From a virus (taxonomy: Duplodnaviria; Caudoviricetes), in the IMG/VR virus record IMGVR_UViG_3300016474_000233, positions 1 to 55,523 of that record: 55,523 nucleotides of DNA. One strand, 5' to 3'. Both the position numbers and the translations under genes were made by a program. Positions 46,325 to 55,523 of this stretch are shown in pieces; within the stretch, counting starts at the first letter, position 1, and each line of letters starts with the position of its first letter. The notes below the pieces were generated by a model. That model was given only the letters and a program-made list of their open reading frames with translations. It was not told the DNA's origin and did no database searches.

Positions 46325-46897
46325 ATGTCTTCAAGTAATGCTCCGTTCGGCTTGCGTCCTGCGTTCCATCCTTCCGGTCTGGATCGCGCTCAGGCGCTGG
46401 CTAACGGTATCGCGTCGGGCTATAGCACCGACATCCTCAAGGGCCAACCGGTCAAGCTCAACTCCAGCGGCAACATCGTTGTCGCAGCCGCAGGCGACTC
46501 CTTCCAAGGTGCGTTTGCTGGCGTGGAATGGACTGACACCACTGGTCGTCGTCGCGTCTCGAACTACTGGCCCGCATCCACTGCGTACCAGACCGGTTCG
46601 TGCGTCGCCTACTTCTACAACGATCCCAACATCGTGTATGAAATTCAGGCTGACGGCTCGCTGGCGCAGACCTCCGTGGGTGACATGGCTGATCTGTCCA
46701 ACACCACCGCTGGTTCTACCGTGACCGGTCTGTCGCAATGCACGCTCTCGACCACTCTGGTCGGTGCTGGCAACAGCGCTCAGATGCTGATCCGTGATCT
46801 GGCTCCGTACCCTGACAATGCTTGGGGCGATTCGTACACGATTGTGCGAGTAACCATTAACGAGTCGCAGTTCAACGCGTCCGTTAACGCCATCTAA
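46325..46897 (+). CDS. Capsid-associated (cement/decoration) protein
   Basis: APFGLRP N-terminus and DPNIVYEIQ; directly upstream of the MCP. Confidence 0.65.
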   Translation: MSSSNAPFGLRPAFHPSGLDRAQALANGIASGYSTDILKGQPVKLNSSGNIVVAAAGDSFQGAFAGVEWTDTTGRRRVSNYWPASTAYQTGSCVAYFYNDPNIVYEIQADGSLAQTSVGDMADLSNTTAGSTVTGLSQCTLSTTLVGAGNSAQMLIRDLAPYPDNAWGDSYTIVRVTINESQFNASVNAI

Positions 46898-46910
46898 GGA
46901 GGGGTGAATC

Positions 46911-47825
46911 ATGGCAGCTCCGATGCGCAGTACCGACTTTCGGTCAATTGTTGAACCCATCCTGAACGAGTGCTTTGACGGCGTCTACGATCAACGCACT
47001 GACGAGTGGAGCCGAGTGTTCCGCGAGCAGGAAGGCATTCCCCGTAACTACCACGAAGAACCCGTCCTGTACGGTTTTGGCGCGGCTCCTCAGTTGCCTG
47101 ACGGCACTCCCGTCAGCTACCAGCAGGGCGGCGTGCTGTTCCTCAAGCGCTATGTGTACAACGTGTATGGCTTGGCCTTCGCGTTGACCAAAGTGCTGGT
47201 TGAGGACGGCGACCATATCCGTATTGGTCAGGTGTACGCTCGTCACCTCGCCCAGTCGCTGATCGAGACCAAGGAAACGCTGTCGGCCAACGTGCTGAAT
47301 CGCGCTTTCAACGCCTCGTACCCCGGCGGCGACGGCGTGGCTCTGAATAGCGCTTCGCACCCCATCGTCAACGGCACCGCCAGCAACCTGCTGACCACTG
47401 CCGCCAACCTGTCTCAGACCTCCCTTGAGCAGATGTTGATCCAGATCCGTCAGGCTGTGGACAACAACGGCAAGAAGATCCGTCTGGTGCCCCGCCAACT
47501 GGTGGTCGCCCCCGGCAACGTCTTCCAAGCCGAGGTGCTCCTGAAGAGCGTGCTGCGTGCTGGCAACGCCAACAACGACATCAACCCCATCAAGTCCATC
47601 GGCTTGCTGGACGAGGGTGCCGCTGTTATCAGCCGTTTGACCAGCGCGACCGCTTGGTGGGTCCAGACTGACGCTCCCGAGGGCATGAAGCTCTTGATGC
47701 GTCGTCGTCTGGAGAAGACCATGGAAGGTGACTTCGAAACCGACTCGATGCGCTACAAGGCCACCGAGCGTTACGACGTCGGCTTCACTGACTGGCGTGC
47801 GATGTACGGTACTCCCGGCGTCTAA
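46911..47825 (+). CDS. Major capsid protein
   Basis: ETKETLSANVLNRAF...GGDGVALNSASHP...MEGDFETDSMRYKATERY...DWRAMYG; strong RBS. Confidence 0.85.
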   Translation: MAAPMRSTDFRSIVEPILNECFDGVYDQRTDEWSRVFREQEGIPRNYHEEPVLYGFGAAPQLPDGTPVSYQQGGVLFLKRYVYNVYGLAFALTKVLVEDGDHIRIGQVYARHLAQSLIETKETLSANVLNRAFNASYPGGDGVALNSASHPIVNGTASNLLTTAANLSQTSLEQMLIQIRQAVDNNGKKIRLVPRQLVVAPGNVFQAEVLLKSVLRAGNANNDINPIKSIGLLDEGAAVISRLTSATAWWVQTDAPEGMKLLMRRRLEKTMEGDFETDSMRYKATERYDVGFTDWRAMYGTPGV

Positions 47826-47870
47826 ACCTAAGCGGGGGCCTCGGCCCCTGCTCCTACAAGGAGAAAAGAC

Positions 47871-48257
47871 ATGGGAAATATCGTAACGAACATTGGCGGC
47901 GTACTGTCCGCCGTCACCAACACTATCGCGTATACCGATAGCTCGGCGGTGACGGTTGGCACGATCCCTGCCAATGCGCAGATCGTTGACATCAACATCG
48001 ACGTGACCACTGCCTTCAACGCAGGCACCACCAACACCATTGCCGTGGGCAAATCGGGCTCCGCAGCCGCTTTTGTGGCCGCTACCTCGGTTGGCTCCGC
48101 AGGACGCGCAAGCGTGGCCTCTACGGGCGTTTACAGCGCTTGGGCCGATGTTGGTGCTGCTGAGGTCCCCGTGACCGCAACCTTTGCCCAAACGGGCACG
48201 GCTGCGTCCGCTGGTGCCGCACGCGTGACGGTGGTGTATCGTTCACCTGCACCGTAA
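47871..48257 (+). CDS. Head decoration/minor structural protein
   Basis: TIPANAQIVDINIDVTTAFNAG; beta-rich; follows the MCP. Confidence 0.65.
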   Translation: MGNIVTNIGGVLSAVTNTIAYTDSSAVTVGTIPANAQIVDINIDVTTAFNAGTTNTIAVGKSGSAAAFVAATSVGSAGRASVASTGVYSAWADVGAAEVPVTATFAQTGTAASAGAARVTVVYRSPAP

Positions 48258-48267
48258 GGAGGCCGAT

Positions 48268-49395
48268 ATGGGTCAATTCAAACCTATGGTGAAGATGTAC
48301 ACCACTGAGCCCAGCGTCGAGCTGAAGCTCAAGAAAGGTGGCTCGGTCAAGAAGGCTGATGGCGGCATGATGGGCGCTCCCGCGCCCGCTGGCGCTCTGC
48401 CTCCTGCCATGCCCGCCCGTGGTGGCATGCCGGGTGCTGCGGCACCAATGAAGCCCTCTCTGGCGATGCGTCGTCGAGCCATGCGTGGTATGCCTGCCGC
48501 TCCCGGCCCGGCTGCCCCGGTTGGCCCAGCGGCCTCGATGATGAAGAAGGGTGGCAAGGCTGAGGGCGGCGAGTCCAAAGCCGAGCACAAGGCCGAGATG
48601 ACCAAGATGGCCAAGACCGCCAAGGAACTCAAGAAACATGAGTCCATGCCCGCCAGCAAGGCCCACAAAGGCCTGAAGACGGGTGGCGTTGTCAACGGCC
48701 AAGGCGGCTTCAAGGCTGGCGGCATCATCAACACTGAGAACCAAGGTGGCGAGTATCGCAACACCAAGATGGACACCACCAAGCCCGATCATTCGCCCGC
48801 CAGCACTGGCGACGTGAAGATGGGCAACGGCGGTGGCTACGCTACTGGTGGCGTCGCGAAGGCAAATGCTGGCGGCTACAAAAAAGGCGGCGCAGCAAAA
48901 AAAGCCTACGCGGCGGGGGGAGTTGTTGACAGCGGTGCCCCCGCCGCGATGCCACAAGGCCGCAAAAAGCCCTCCGCCCCGGTGTCCATCACTGCACTCT
49001 CCGGCACCTTCAAGAAAGGCGGCAAGGTAACTGCCGCTGAAGGCCGCTTGCAGAAGGCATTCACGAAGGAAAACGCCACGGCCATGAAACAGGCCAAGGC
49101 GCAATCCAACGAGGTGTACAGCAAGTACGGCAAGAAGATGAAGGAGGGCGGAATCCCTGCTGATGCTGAAGACCAGATCAAGACGGCCCGCAACCAGCGT
49201 GCCTACGAGAACTGGGAAAAGTCTCAGCGCGAAGAGAACGAGGGTATGCGTGAAGCCATCCTCGGCGCTCCCAAGCGCATGATGCAGGGTCTTAAGGGCC
49301 TGTTCTCACCAAAAGCGCCAGAAGGCAGCGTCACCAAGACTGAGAAGTCTGTCACCGTGACGCCCGCCAAAAAGCGTGGAGGTGCTGTGTGCTGA
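48268..49395 (+). CDS. Basic low-complexity protein with 11 [hydrophobic]-[K/A]-x-GG motifs (probable capsid-internal protein)
   Basis: LKKGGSV, KADGGMM, MKKGGKA, LKTGGVV, FKAGGII, YATGGVA, YKKGGAA, YAAGGVV, FKKGGKV, MKEGGIP, KKRGGAV. Confidence 0.75.
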   Translation: MGQFKPMVKMYTTEPSVELKLKKGGSVKKADGGMMGAPAPAGALPPAMPARGGMPGAAAPMKPSLAMRRRAMRGMPAAPGPAAPVGPAASMMKKGGKAEGGESKAEHKAEMTKMAKTAKELKKHESMPASKAHKGLKTGGVVNGQGGFKAGGIINTENQGGEYRNTKMDTTKPDHSPASTGDVKMGNGGGYATGGVAKANAGGYKKGGAAKKAYAAGGVVDSGAPAAMPQGRKKPSAPVSITALSGTFKKGGKVTAAEGRLQKAFTKENATAMKQAKAQSNEVYSKYGKKMKEGGIPADAEDQIKTARNQRAYENWEKSQREENEGMREAILGAPKRMMQGLKGLFSPKAPEGSVTKTEKSVTVTPAKKRGGAVC

Positions 49396-49398
49396 AAC

Positions 49399-49428
49399 AA
49401 AGCGGGGGCTTCGGCCCCTGCTTTCTTT
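49399..49428 (+). terminator. Rho-independent terminator
   Basis: AAAGCGGGGGC-TTCG-GCCCCTGCTTT followed by CTTT. Confidence 0.65.
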
Positions 49429-49442
49429 GAAGGGAATAGAAG

Positions 49443-49859
49443 ATGGCTGATGCAGTCGCAAGCCAAACGCTCTTAGACGGTGAGCGAATGGCAATTATGA
49501 AGTTCACCAATACCAGTGATGGTACGGGTGAGACAAACGTCGTCAAGGTGAACCCTGCATCGTTGGCCCCTTCGGCTGCTGGCGGCGCTTGTGACGCCGT
49601 GACAATCACAAAGATTACGGCTTTGACTCACGGCATGGAAGTGCAGTTGAAGTGGAAGGCCACCACGCCTGTGATCATTGAAACGATCCCGCAGAACAAC
49701 AACTATTCGCAGGATTTCGAAAAGATTGGGGGCCTCGTCAACAACGCCGGTACGGGCAAAGACGGTGCTATCACGTTCACAACCTTAGACGCTTCTGCTG
49801 GTGACACCTACACGGTGGTGCTGGAAATGGTCAAGCACTATGTCAACCCGTTGGGCTGA
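49443..49859 (+). CDS. Conserved structural/hypothetical protein
   Basis: MADAVASQTL.DG...FTN.SDGTGE..VVKV motif. Confidence 0.7.
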   Translation: MADAVASQTLLDGERMAIMKFTNTSDGTGETNVVKVNPASLAPSAAGGACDAVTITKITALTHGMEVQLKWKATTPVIIETIPQNNNYSQDFEKIGGLVNNAGTGKDGAITFTTLDASAGDTYTVVLEMVKHYVNPLG

Positions 49860-49861
49860 TC

Positions 49862-50239
49862 ATGCCGCTCATCAAAGGAAAATCCGAGAAGGCCTTCAAG
49901 TCCAACATTAAGGCTGAAATTGCTGCTGGCAAGCCGCCCAAGCAGGCGGTAGCCATTGCCTACAACGTCAAGCGTCGTGCCGAGGGCATGAAGGGCGGTG
50001 GCGTGAGTCTGGCTATCGGCCGGGGCGAGAAGCTGCCTGCCGATCAAGGCGCGGGTTTGACGGCCAAGGGCCGGGCCAAGTACAACCGGGAGACCGGGTC
50101 GCATTTGAAGGCTCCACAGCCCGAAGGCGGGGCTCGACGCGACTCGTTTTGCGCGAGAATGGGGCCTGTAGCGGAGAAAAGCGAAAAAGGCAGTCGCGCA
50201 CGCGCTTCGATGAAACGATGGAACTGCCCCGGATGGTGA
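49862..50239 (+). CDS. Basic conserved phage protein (DUF6321-like C-terminus)
   Basis: KQAVAIAY; GLTAKGRAKYNRETGSHLKAP...RRDSFCARM...RWNC. Confidence 0.7.
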   Translation: MPLIKGKSEKAFKSNIKAEIAAGKPPKQAVAIAYNVKRRAEGMKGGGVSLAIGRGEKLPADQGAGLTAKGRAKYNRETGSHLKAPQPEGGARRDSFCARMGPVAEKSEKGSRARASMKRWNCPGW

Positions 50240-50246
50240 GGTAACC

Positions 50247-51320
50247 ATGGCTTATTCAGGAACTGTCGGCACAACCGTCATCCAAGTCCAGACCCTGATT
50301 GATCACGGGGCGCGCCGGTGCGGGAAATTGGCCGAGGAGCTGACCTCCGAACAGGTCCTGAGCGCACGAGAGTCGCTGTTTTTCCTGCTCTCAAACCTGA
50401 TCAACATTGGAATCCAGTACTGGGCCATCGAAAAGAAGGTCTACGGGCTCCAAGCCAACAATTACGTCTACAAACTGCCCCTTGGCGGCAACGATGTGCT
50501 TCAGGCGCTGTATCGGCGCATGAATCGACCCACTCCCAACAGCACCGGCGGGTACACATCGAGCGCTGGCGGCATTGTGGGCAATGCTTTTGACAACAAC
50601 ATTGACACATCCTGCACTCAAACCTCGGCCAACGGCAACATTTCAGTCAATTACGGCACCGACAACCCGGTCTATGTGGGCTCCATCGGCGTCTTGCCAG
50701 ACGTTTCTGGCACTTTCAGCGTGGTATTTGAGTACTCCGCTGACGGAATCACTTGGCAGACCCTCTACGACCCCGGTGAGACCGTCTGGGTCAACGGTGA
50801 GTGGCTCTGGTATGACATTGAGGCCGGTCAAACGGTCCAGTACTACCGCATCCGAGCAACGGGCGGCGGCACTCTGAGCCTGCGCGAGCTGTATTTCGGC
50901 AATAACTCGACCGAAATCACGATGGCGCGGCTCAACCGCGACGATTACACCAACCTGCCAAACAAAAACTTCACGGCCAACCAGCCTTTCCAGTTTTGGT
51001 TCAACCGGACCATCCCCCAGAGCGAAATTTACCTCTGGCCGGTGCCTTCGGACCCGTTTGTGCAGATGACCGTGTGGTACTCGCGCCAGATCATGGACGT
51101 GGGCGACCTCTACGGCGAGCTGGAGGTGCCTCAGCGCTGGTTTGAGGCCGTGATTTTCATGCTGGCTCACAGGATGAGCCTTGAAATGCCCGGCGTGGAC
51201 ATGGCCCGCGTTGAATATCTTGAGGGTCAGGCCGAGAAGTACCTCGCGCTTGCCGAGGCCGAGGAGCGCGACAAGTCGCCGATCTACTTCGCGCCGAATA
51301 TCAGCGTCTACACGAAGTGA
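50247..51320 (+). CDS. Head-tail adaptor-like protein with an inserted discoidin/F5-8-like domain
   Basis: ARESLFFLLSNLIN.G; inserted AFDNN...YSADGITWQ...YYRIR domain; RDDYTNLPNK...IYLWPVP. Confidence 0.65.
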   Translation: MAYSGTVGTTVIQVQTLIDHGARRCGKLAEELTSEQVLSARESLFFLLSNLINIGIQYWAIEKKVYGLQANNYVYKLPLGGNDVLQALYRRMNRPTPNSTGGYTSSAGGIVGNAFDNNIDTSCTQTSANGNISVNYGTDNPVYVGSIGVLPDVSGTFSVVFEYSADGITWQTLYDPGETVWVNGEWLWYDIEAGQTVQYYRIRATGGGTLSLRELYFGNNSTEITMARLNRDDYTNLPNKNFTANQPFQFWFNRTIPQSEIYLWPVPSDPFVQMTVWYSRQIMDVGDLYGELEVPQRWFEAVIFMLAHRMSLEMPGVDMARVEYLEGQAEKYLALAEAEERDKSPIYFAPNISVYTK

Positions 51321-51323
51321 GCC

Positions 51324-51668
51324 ATGCCGATATTCCTCGACACCCTCGGCTACTCGGACATCGCAATCGCGGTATGCGACCGGTGCAAGATGAAGCGCCC
51401 GCACGCCGTCATGCGCTCGGACCCGAACTTTCCGGGCTTGCAGGTCTGCAACGAGGGCTGCGCTGACAACTTCGACCCCTACCGGCTCCCGGCTCGTAAA
51501 ACCGAAAGGATAACGATTCGGTTTCCAAGGCCGGACGTTTCGGTTGCGGTCAACCCCAACAATTTGACCGCTGGGCCTGCCTACGGCGGGGCTGTGCTGT
51601 CGCCTGAGCAAAACATCGAGGACCCTGAGAACAACGGCAACCTCGACGGTTTGGAGATCCAGCCCTGA
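51324..51668 (+). CDS. Small Cys-containing conserved virion-module protein
   Basis: AIAVCDRC...GLQVC...D.FDPY...RFPRPD. Confidence 0.65.
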   Translation: MPIFLDTLGYSDIAIAVCDRCKMKRPHAVMRSDPNFPGLQVCNEGCADNFDPYRLPARKTERITIRFPRPDVSVAVNPNNLTAGPAYGGAVLSPEQNIEDPENNGNLDGLEIQP

Positions 51669-51669
51669 T

Positions 51670-54237
51670 ATGGCCAACGTAACCATCACCCAACTGCCTG
51701 CGGCTGGCCCAATACAAGGCGATGAGCTTGTCCCCATCGTCCAGAATGGCCAGACGCTGCGCACGACTGCGGCCGCGCTGGCCGGGTCACCGGTCCAGAC
51801 TCAGACTTTCCTGACGCTGGTTCAAGAGCCGACCCTGAACAACAGCCGGTATCTGTCCGGCGGCACCGGAATCGGCCTACAAGACAACGGGGCGCAGTCC
51901 TACCTGCAAATCGTCCTCAACGGAGCCTCAGGAAGCCTCGAATTGGCCTCTACAGGCCTCGTTGTGAAGACCGGGGCATCCACGGTCACCTCCCGCTCGA
52001 TTGTGGCCTCTACGAGCGGTTTAAGCGTGTCGGACGGGGATGGGGTTGCCGGTAACCCAACAATCGCCCTGACGGGCCTTCCGCTGGCCCTGACGACCCT
52101 CGGCGGAACCGGTTTGCTGGCCGTGGTGGGCGGAACGACCATCGCTGGCCGCCAGATCCTTGGCACGACCAATCAAATCACGGTCTACAACGGCAACGGC
52201 TCGGACGACATCTCGATCACGCTGGCCTCCAACCCGATCATCCCGGGCACGGCCGCCATGACCATCCCGGTTGGCTCCACGGCGCAGCAGCCGGTGGGCT
52301 CGAACGGACAGTTTAGGTTCAACTCCGACACCCAGACCTTTGATGGCTATGCCGCAGGCTCGTGGCGGCAATTTGCCCTGTCGGGCGGCGTGACAACTTT
52401 CAGCGCCGGGTCAACCGGCTTTACTCCGTCGTCGCCAACCAGCGGCGCGGTGGTTTTGGGTGGCATTCTGAACCCCGCAAGCGGCGGCACGGGCGTGAAC
52501 AACGGCTCGTACAGCATCACGCTGGGCGGCAGCGTCACCACGGCCGGGGCTTTGACCACGGCGGGGGCTTTTGCGACCTCTGGCGCGTTTTCCCTGACTC
52601 TGACGACCACGGCATCTACCAACGTCACTTTGCCCACCACGGGCACGCTGGCGACCGTTGCCGGGGCCGAAACCCTGACCAACAAGACGATGTCCGGGGC
52701 GTCGAACACGTTCTCGAACATTGGAAACAGCAGTCTGACCAACAGCTCGGTGACCTACAACGGCGTCACCGTAGCTTTGGGGGCGTCCGGCACGATCACC
52801 GCCACCACTACGGCCGCGCTGACGGTCGGAACCGGCCTACAACTGGATTCGGGCACTACTTTCGACGGCTCAACGGCCAAGACCATCAGCATCGACAGCA
52901 CGGTTGCGACGTTGACCGGCACTCAGACATTGACCAACAAGTCGATGTCGGGGGCTTCGAACACCTTCACGAACATCCCCAACGGGGCGCTGTCCAACAG
53001 CTCAATCACGATTGGATCGACGAGCGTGAGCCTCGGCGGGACTGCCGCGACCGTTGCCGGGCTGACTTTGACGCTGCCGACGATTGCGCAGATTCTGAAC
53101 ACGGGCACGCTGACGCTACCGACCTCGACCGATACCTTGGTGGCGCGGAACACAACCGATACGCTCACCAACAAGACGATCAGCGGCACCGGCAACACGT
53201 TCAGCAACATCCCGAACTCGGCGCTGACCAACAGCACGATCTCGGGCGTTGCGCTGGGGTCGAACCTGTTCACGCTGACGATTGGCACCGGCCTGACCGG
53301 CACGAGCTACAACGGCTCGGCGGCCGTCACGGTGGCCATCGACTCGACCGTGGTGACCCTGACCGGCACGCAGACGCTGACGAACAAGACGATCAACGGT
53401 CCTGACAACACGCTGACGAACATCGCCAACAGCTCGCTGGTCAACTCGTCCCTGACGATTGGCACGACCGCGATCTCGCTGGGTGCGTCCTCGCTGACTT
53501 TGGCAGGGCTTACCTCGGTGACGGTCACGCAGGACCCGACAACGGCCTTGCAGCTTGCGACCAAGCAGTATGTGGACAATACGGCCTCCACGGGCCTGAC
53601 GTACCACCAGCCGGTGCAGGCGGCCACCACGCAGAGCCTTGCGGCGCAGACTGGCGGCGTGGTCGTCTACAACAACGGCGCGTCTGGCGTGGGTGCCACG
53701 CTGACGCTGACCGTTGCTTTGACCACTTTGGACGGCTACAGCCTGAACAACGGCGACCGCATTCTGGTCAAGGACGAGGCCAATCAGGCTCACAACGGTG
53801 TCTACACATGGGCGACCGGCGGTTTGGTTTTGACCCGCGCAACAGACGCCGACAGCTACGGTCCGGGCACTGGAGACCTGAGCGAGAACGACTACTTCTT
53901 CGTCCAGAATGGCACGGTCAACAAGGGCGTCGCTTTTGTTTGCACGACCGCCGGAACCATCACGTTTGGCACGACCGCAATCACGTTTGCTGAGTTCAGC
54001 ACGTCGCAGGTTTATACCGCTACGTCGCCGATTCAGATCAGCGGCACGGTCATTTCGCTCAACACGGTGCCGGTGAATCTGGGCGGCACCAACATCACGA
54101 GCTACGCCACCGGGGATTTGCTCTACGCGTCGGCCGCGACGACATTGACTAAACTCGCACTGGGGACGCAGGGATATGTACTCCAAGCCGGGGCAACAGG
54201 CCCGACGTGGGGGATCATCTCTGGGGGAACTTTCTAA
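51670..54237 (+). CDS. Tail fibre protein with TLTNKT repeats
   Basis: NVTITQLPAA N-terminus, four TLTNK[T/S] repeats, ATKQYVD, GDRILVKDE...NGVY...LTRATDAD. Confidence 0.85.
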   Translation: MANVTITQLPAAGPIQGDELVPIVQNGQTLRTTAAALAGSPVQTQTFLTLVQEPTLNNSRYLSGGTGIGLQDNGAQSYLQIVLNGASGSLELASTGLVVKTGASTVTSRSIVASTSGLSVSDGDGVAGNPTIALTGLPLALTTLGGTGLLAVVGGTTIAGRQILGTTNQITVYNGNGSDDISITLASNPIIPGTAAMTIPVGSTAQQPVGSNGQFRFNSDTQTFDGYAAGSWRQFALSGGVTTFSAGSTGFTPSSPTSGAVVLGGILNPASGGTGVNNGSYSITLGGSVTTAGALTTAGAFATSGAFSLTLTTTASTNVTLPTTGTLATVAGAETLTNKTMSGASNTFSNIGNSSLTNSSVTYNGVTVALGASGTITATTTAALTVGTGLQLDSGTTFDGSTAKTISIDSTVATLTGTQTLTNKSMSGASNTFTNIPNGALSNSSITIGSTSVSLGGTAATVAGLTLTLPTIAQILNTGTLTLPTSTDTLVARNTTDTLTNKTISGTGNTFSNIPNSALTNSTISGVALGSNLFTLTIGTGLTGTSYNGSAAVTVAIDSTVVTLTGTQTLTNKTINGPDNTLTNIANSSLVNSSLTIGTTAISLGASSLTLAGLTSVTVTQDPTTALQLATKQYVDNTASTGLTYHQPVQAATTQSLAAQTGGVVVYNNGASGVGATLTLTVALTTLDGYSLNNGDRILVKDEANQAHNGVYTWATGGLVLTRATDADSYGPGTGDLSENDYFFVQNGTVNKGVAFVCTTAGTITFGTTAITFAEFSTSQVYTATSPIQISGTVISLNTVPVNLGGTNITSYATGDLLYASAATTLTKLALGTQGYVLQAGATGPTWGIISGGTF

Positions 54238-54246
54238 GGAAAAAAC

Positions 54247-55523
54247 ATGGCTGCAACCAACTACACGCCAATTCAGCTCTACTACTCGACCACCGCGTCG
54301 GCAGCTCCTGCTGCTGGTAATCTGGTCAGCGGCGAGCTGGCCATCAACATCACCGACGGCAAGTTGTACTACAAGGACAACGGCGGGAATGTGCAGGTCA
54401 TCGCGACCAAAGGCGCTGGCACGATTGGCGGATCAAATACCCAGATCCAGTTCAACGACGGCGGCGCTCTTGCTGGCAACGCGGCGATGGTTTTCAACAA
54501 GGCCACGAACGTCACCACGCTGACCACGCTGAACCTCACCAACGCCCTTGGCGCGACCTATGGCGGCACGGCGCAGTCTGCCTATGCTCAGGGTGACCTG
54601 CTGTACGCCTCGGCCGTCAACACGCTGTCCAAGCTGTCCATCGGCACGGTCAACTACATCCTGACCTCCACCGGCTCGGTTCCCCAGTGGGTTGCTCCGA
54701 CGAGCGTGACGGTCCAGACGGCCAACAACCTTGCTGGTGGCGCTGCTGGTTCGGTTCCTTACCAGTCCGCAGCCGATACGACCACTTTCTTGGCCATTGG
54801 AGCCGCAAACCGGGTCATGACCTCCACCGGGTCTGCTCCGCAGTGGGTGACGTCTCTGACGGGCCTGACGGGCGTTTCCAGCTCGTCCATCACAAACACA
54901 GCCCTGACCTCCGGCCGTCTGGTTTACAGCACCACAGGCGGTGCGCAGACCGACTCTGCGAACCTGACCTTCAACGGCACGACGCTGTCTACGACCGGCT
55001 TGTCGAATACCGGAAGCTCCACGCTGGTCAAGCTGGTCACGGTTGGCGACAGCAGCTTCACCACTGGTGCGGTCCTCGCCGCTGCAACTCCGGCCAAGCT
55101 GTACATCGGCACCGGCGCGGTCACTGACGGCACCAGCGCCGGTGGTGCAACCAACACGCTAGGCACGATCACTTCGTTTGGCCAGACTCAGGTCATTGCA
55201 ACCAACGCCAACGTCACCTACACCAACCTCGCAACCCTGTACGTTGCAGGCGCTCCGACGGCTGGTACGAACGTCACGATCACCAACCCGTACTCGCTGT
55301 ATGTTGCTGGTGGAGCCTCGTACTTTGGCGGCGCTGTTACTTACGGCGCAGGCTTGACGCTTGGCGGCAATTTGCTGTTCAGTCCTGATGCGACCTACGA
55401 CATCGGCGCATCGCTGACAAACCGCCCTCGAAATTTGTATTTGTCGAGCCTTGTTAACGCTGGTGCTGGTCAATTCACGTTGTTGACATCCAGCAATTCG
55501 ATGTATTTCACGGCGGCAACATC
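54247..55523 (+). CDS. Tail fibre protein, N-terminal part (3'-truncated)
   Basis: AAGGA RBS. LVSGELAINITDGKLYYKD and GSNTQIQFNDGG motifs. Open to the window end. Confidence 0.8.
   Translation, partial: MAATNYTPIQLYYSTTASAAPAAGNLVSGELAINITDGKLYYKDNGGNVQVIATKGAGTIGGSNTQIQFNDGGALAGNAAMVFNKATNVTTLTTLNLTNALGATYGGTAQSAYAQGDLLYASAVNTLSKLSIGTVNYILTSTGSVPQWVAPTSVTVQTANNLAGGAAGSVPYQSAADTTTFLAIGAANRVMTSTGSAPQWVTSLTGLTGVSSSSITNTALTSGRLVYSTTGGAQTDSANLTFNGTTLSTTGLSNTGSSTLVKLVTVGDSSFTTGAVLAAATPAKLYIGTGAVTDGTSAGGATNTLGTITSFGQTQVIATNANVTYTNLATLYVAGAPTAGTNVTITNPYSLYVAGGASYFGGAVTYGAGLTLGGNLLFSPDATYDIGASLTNRPRNLYLSSLVNAGAGQFTLLTSSNSMYFTAAT

Noticed and set aside
47823-47871. Read-through fusion of the MCP with the in-frame downstream ORF
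   Set aside because: A second in-frame TAA follows two codons later, and the downstream ORF has its own RBS.
55480-55523. Terminal repeat or exact circular join
   Set aside because: The two ends share no visible overlap, and direct joining puts the fibre out of frame.

Overview
This window is an apparently near-complete genome of a GC-rich tailed dsDNA phage with a podovirus-like layout, linearised inside a tail-fibre gene (54247->end, and start->2019). The host is probably a proteobacterium; this is an inference. The + strand late region runs: small and large terminase (35.7-37.8 kb), a ~900-aa probable ejected protein, portal, GroES-like co-chaperonin, scaffold, capsid proteins, adaptor and tail fibres. 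It wraps round to a lysis cassette (holin-like genes, GH24 lysozyme), a second adaptor, a nozzle, a ferritin-like metal-binding protein and four internal/ejection proteins, including a 2083-aa protein and a GH73 muramidase-domain protein (ends 21.5 kb). A leftward recombination block (PD-(D/E)XK nucleases, SSB) and a rightward replication block (Cro-like HTH, DUF1376 initiator, primase Zn-finger, SF4 helicase, RusA, Ref-like HNH) diverge from a control region at ~25.65 kb. Many small early genes follow. I recognised no integrase, CI repressor, DNA polymerase, tRNA or CRISPR. The main unexplained signals are: (i) a [hydrophobic]-[K/A]-x-G-G-x-[hydrophobic] peptide motif shared by several unrelated virion proteins, with 11 copies in one basic protein; (ii) a promoter-driven, multi-stem RNA leader in front of the packaging/late operon; (iii) a dispersed AA[CG]CGANTCG[GC]TT palindrome clustered at the replication gene and the terminase region; (iv) a conserved 21-nt early-gene leader; (v) a probable ejected HhH-glycosylase-like protein paired with a lone antisense small gene; (vi) a stand-alone sigma70 region-4 protein. 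All family names come from recalled motif recognition, not database searches.
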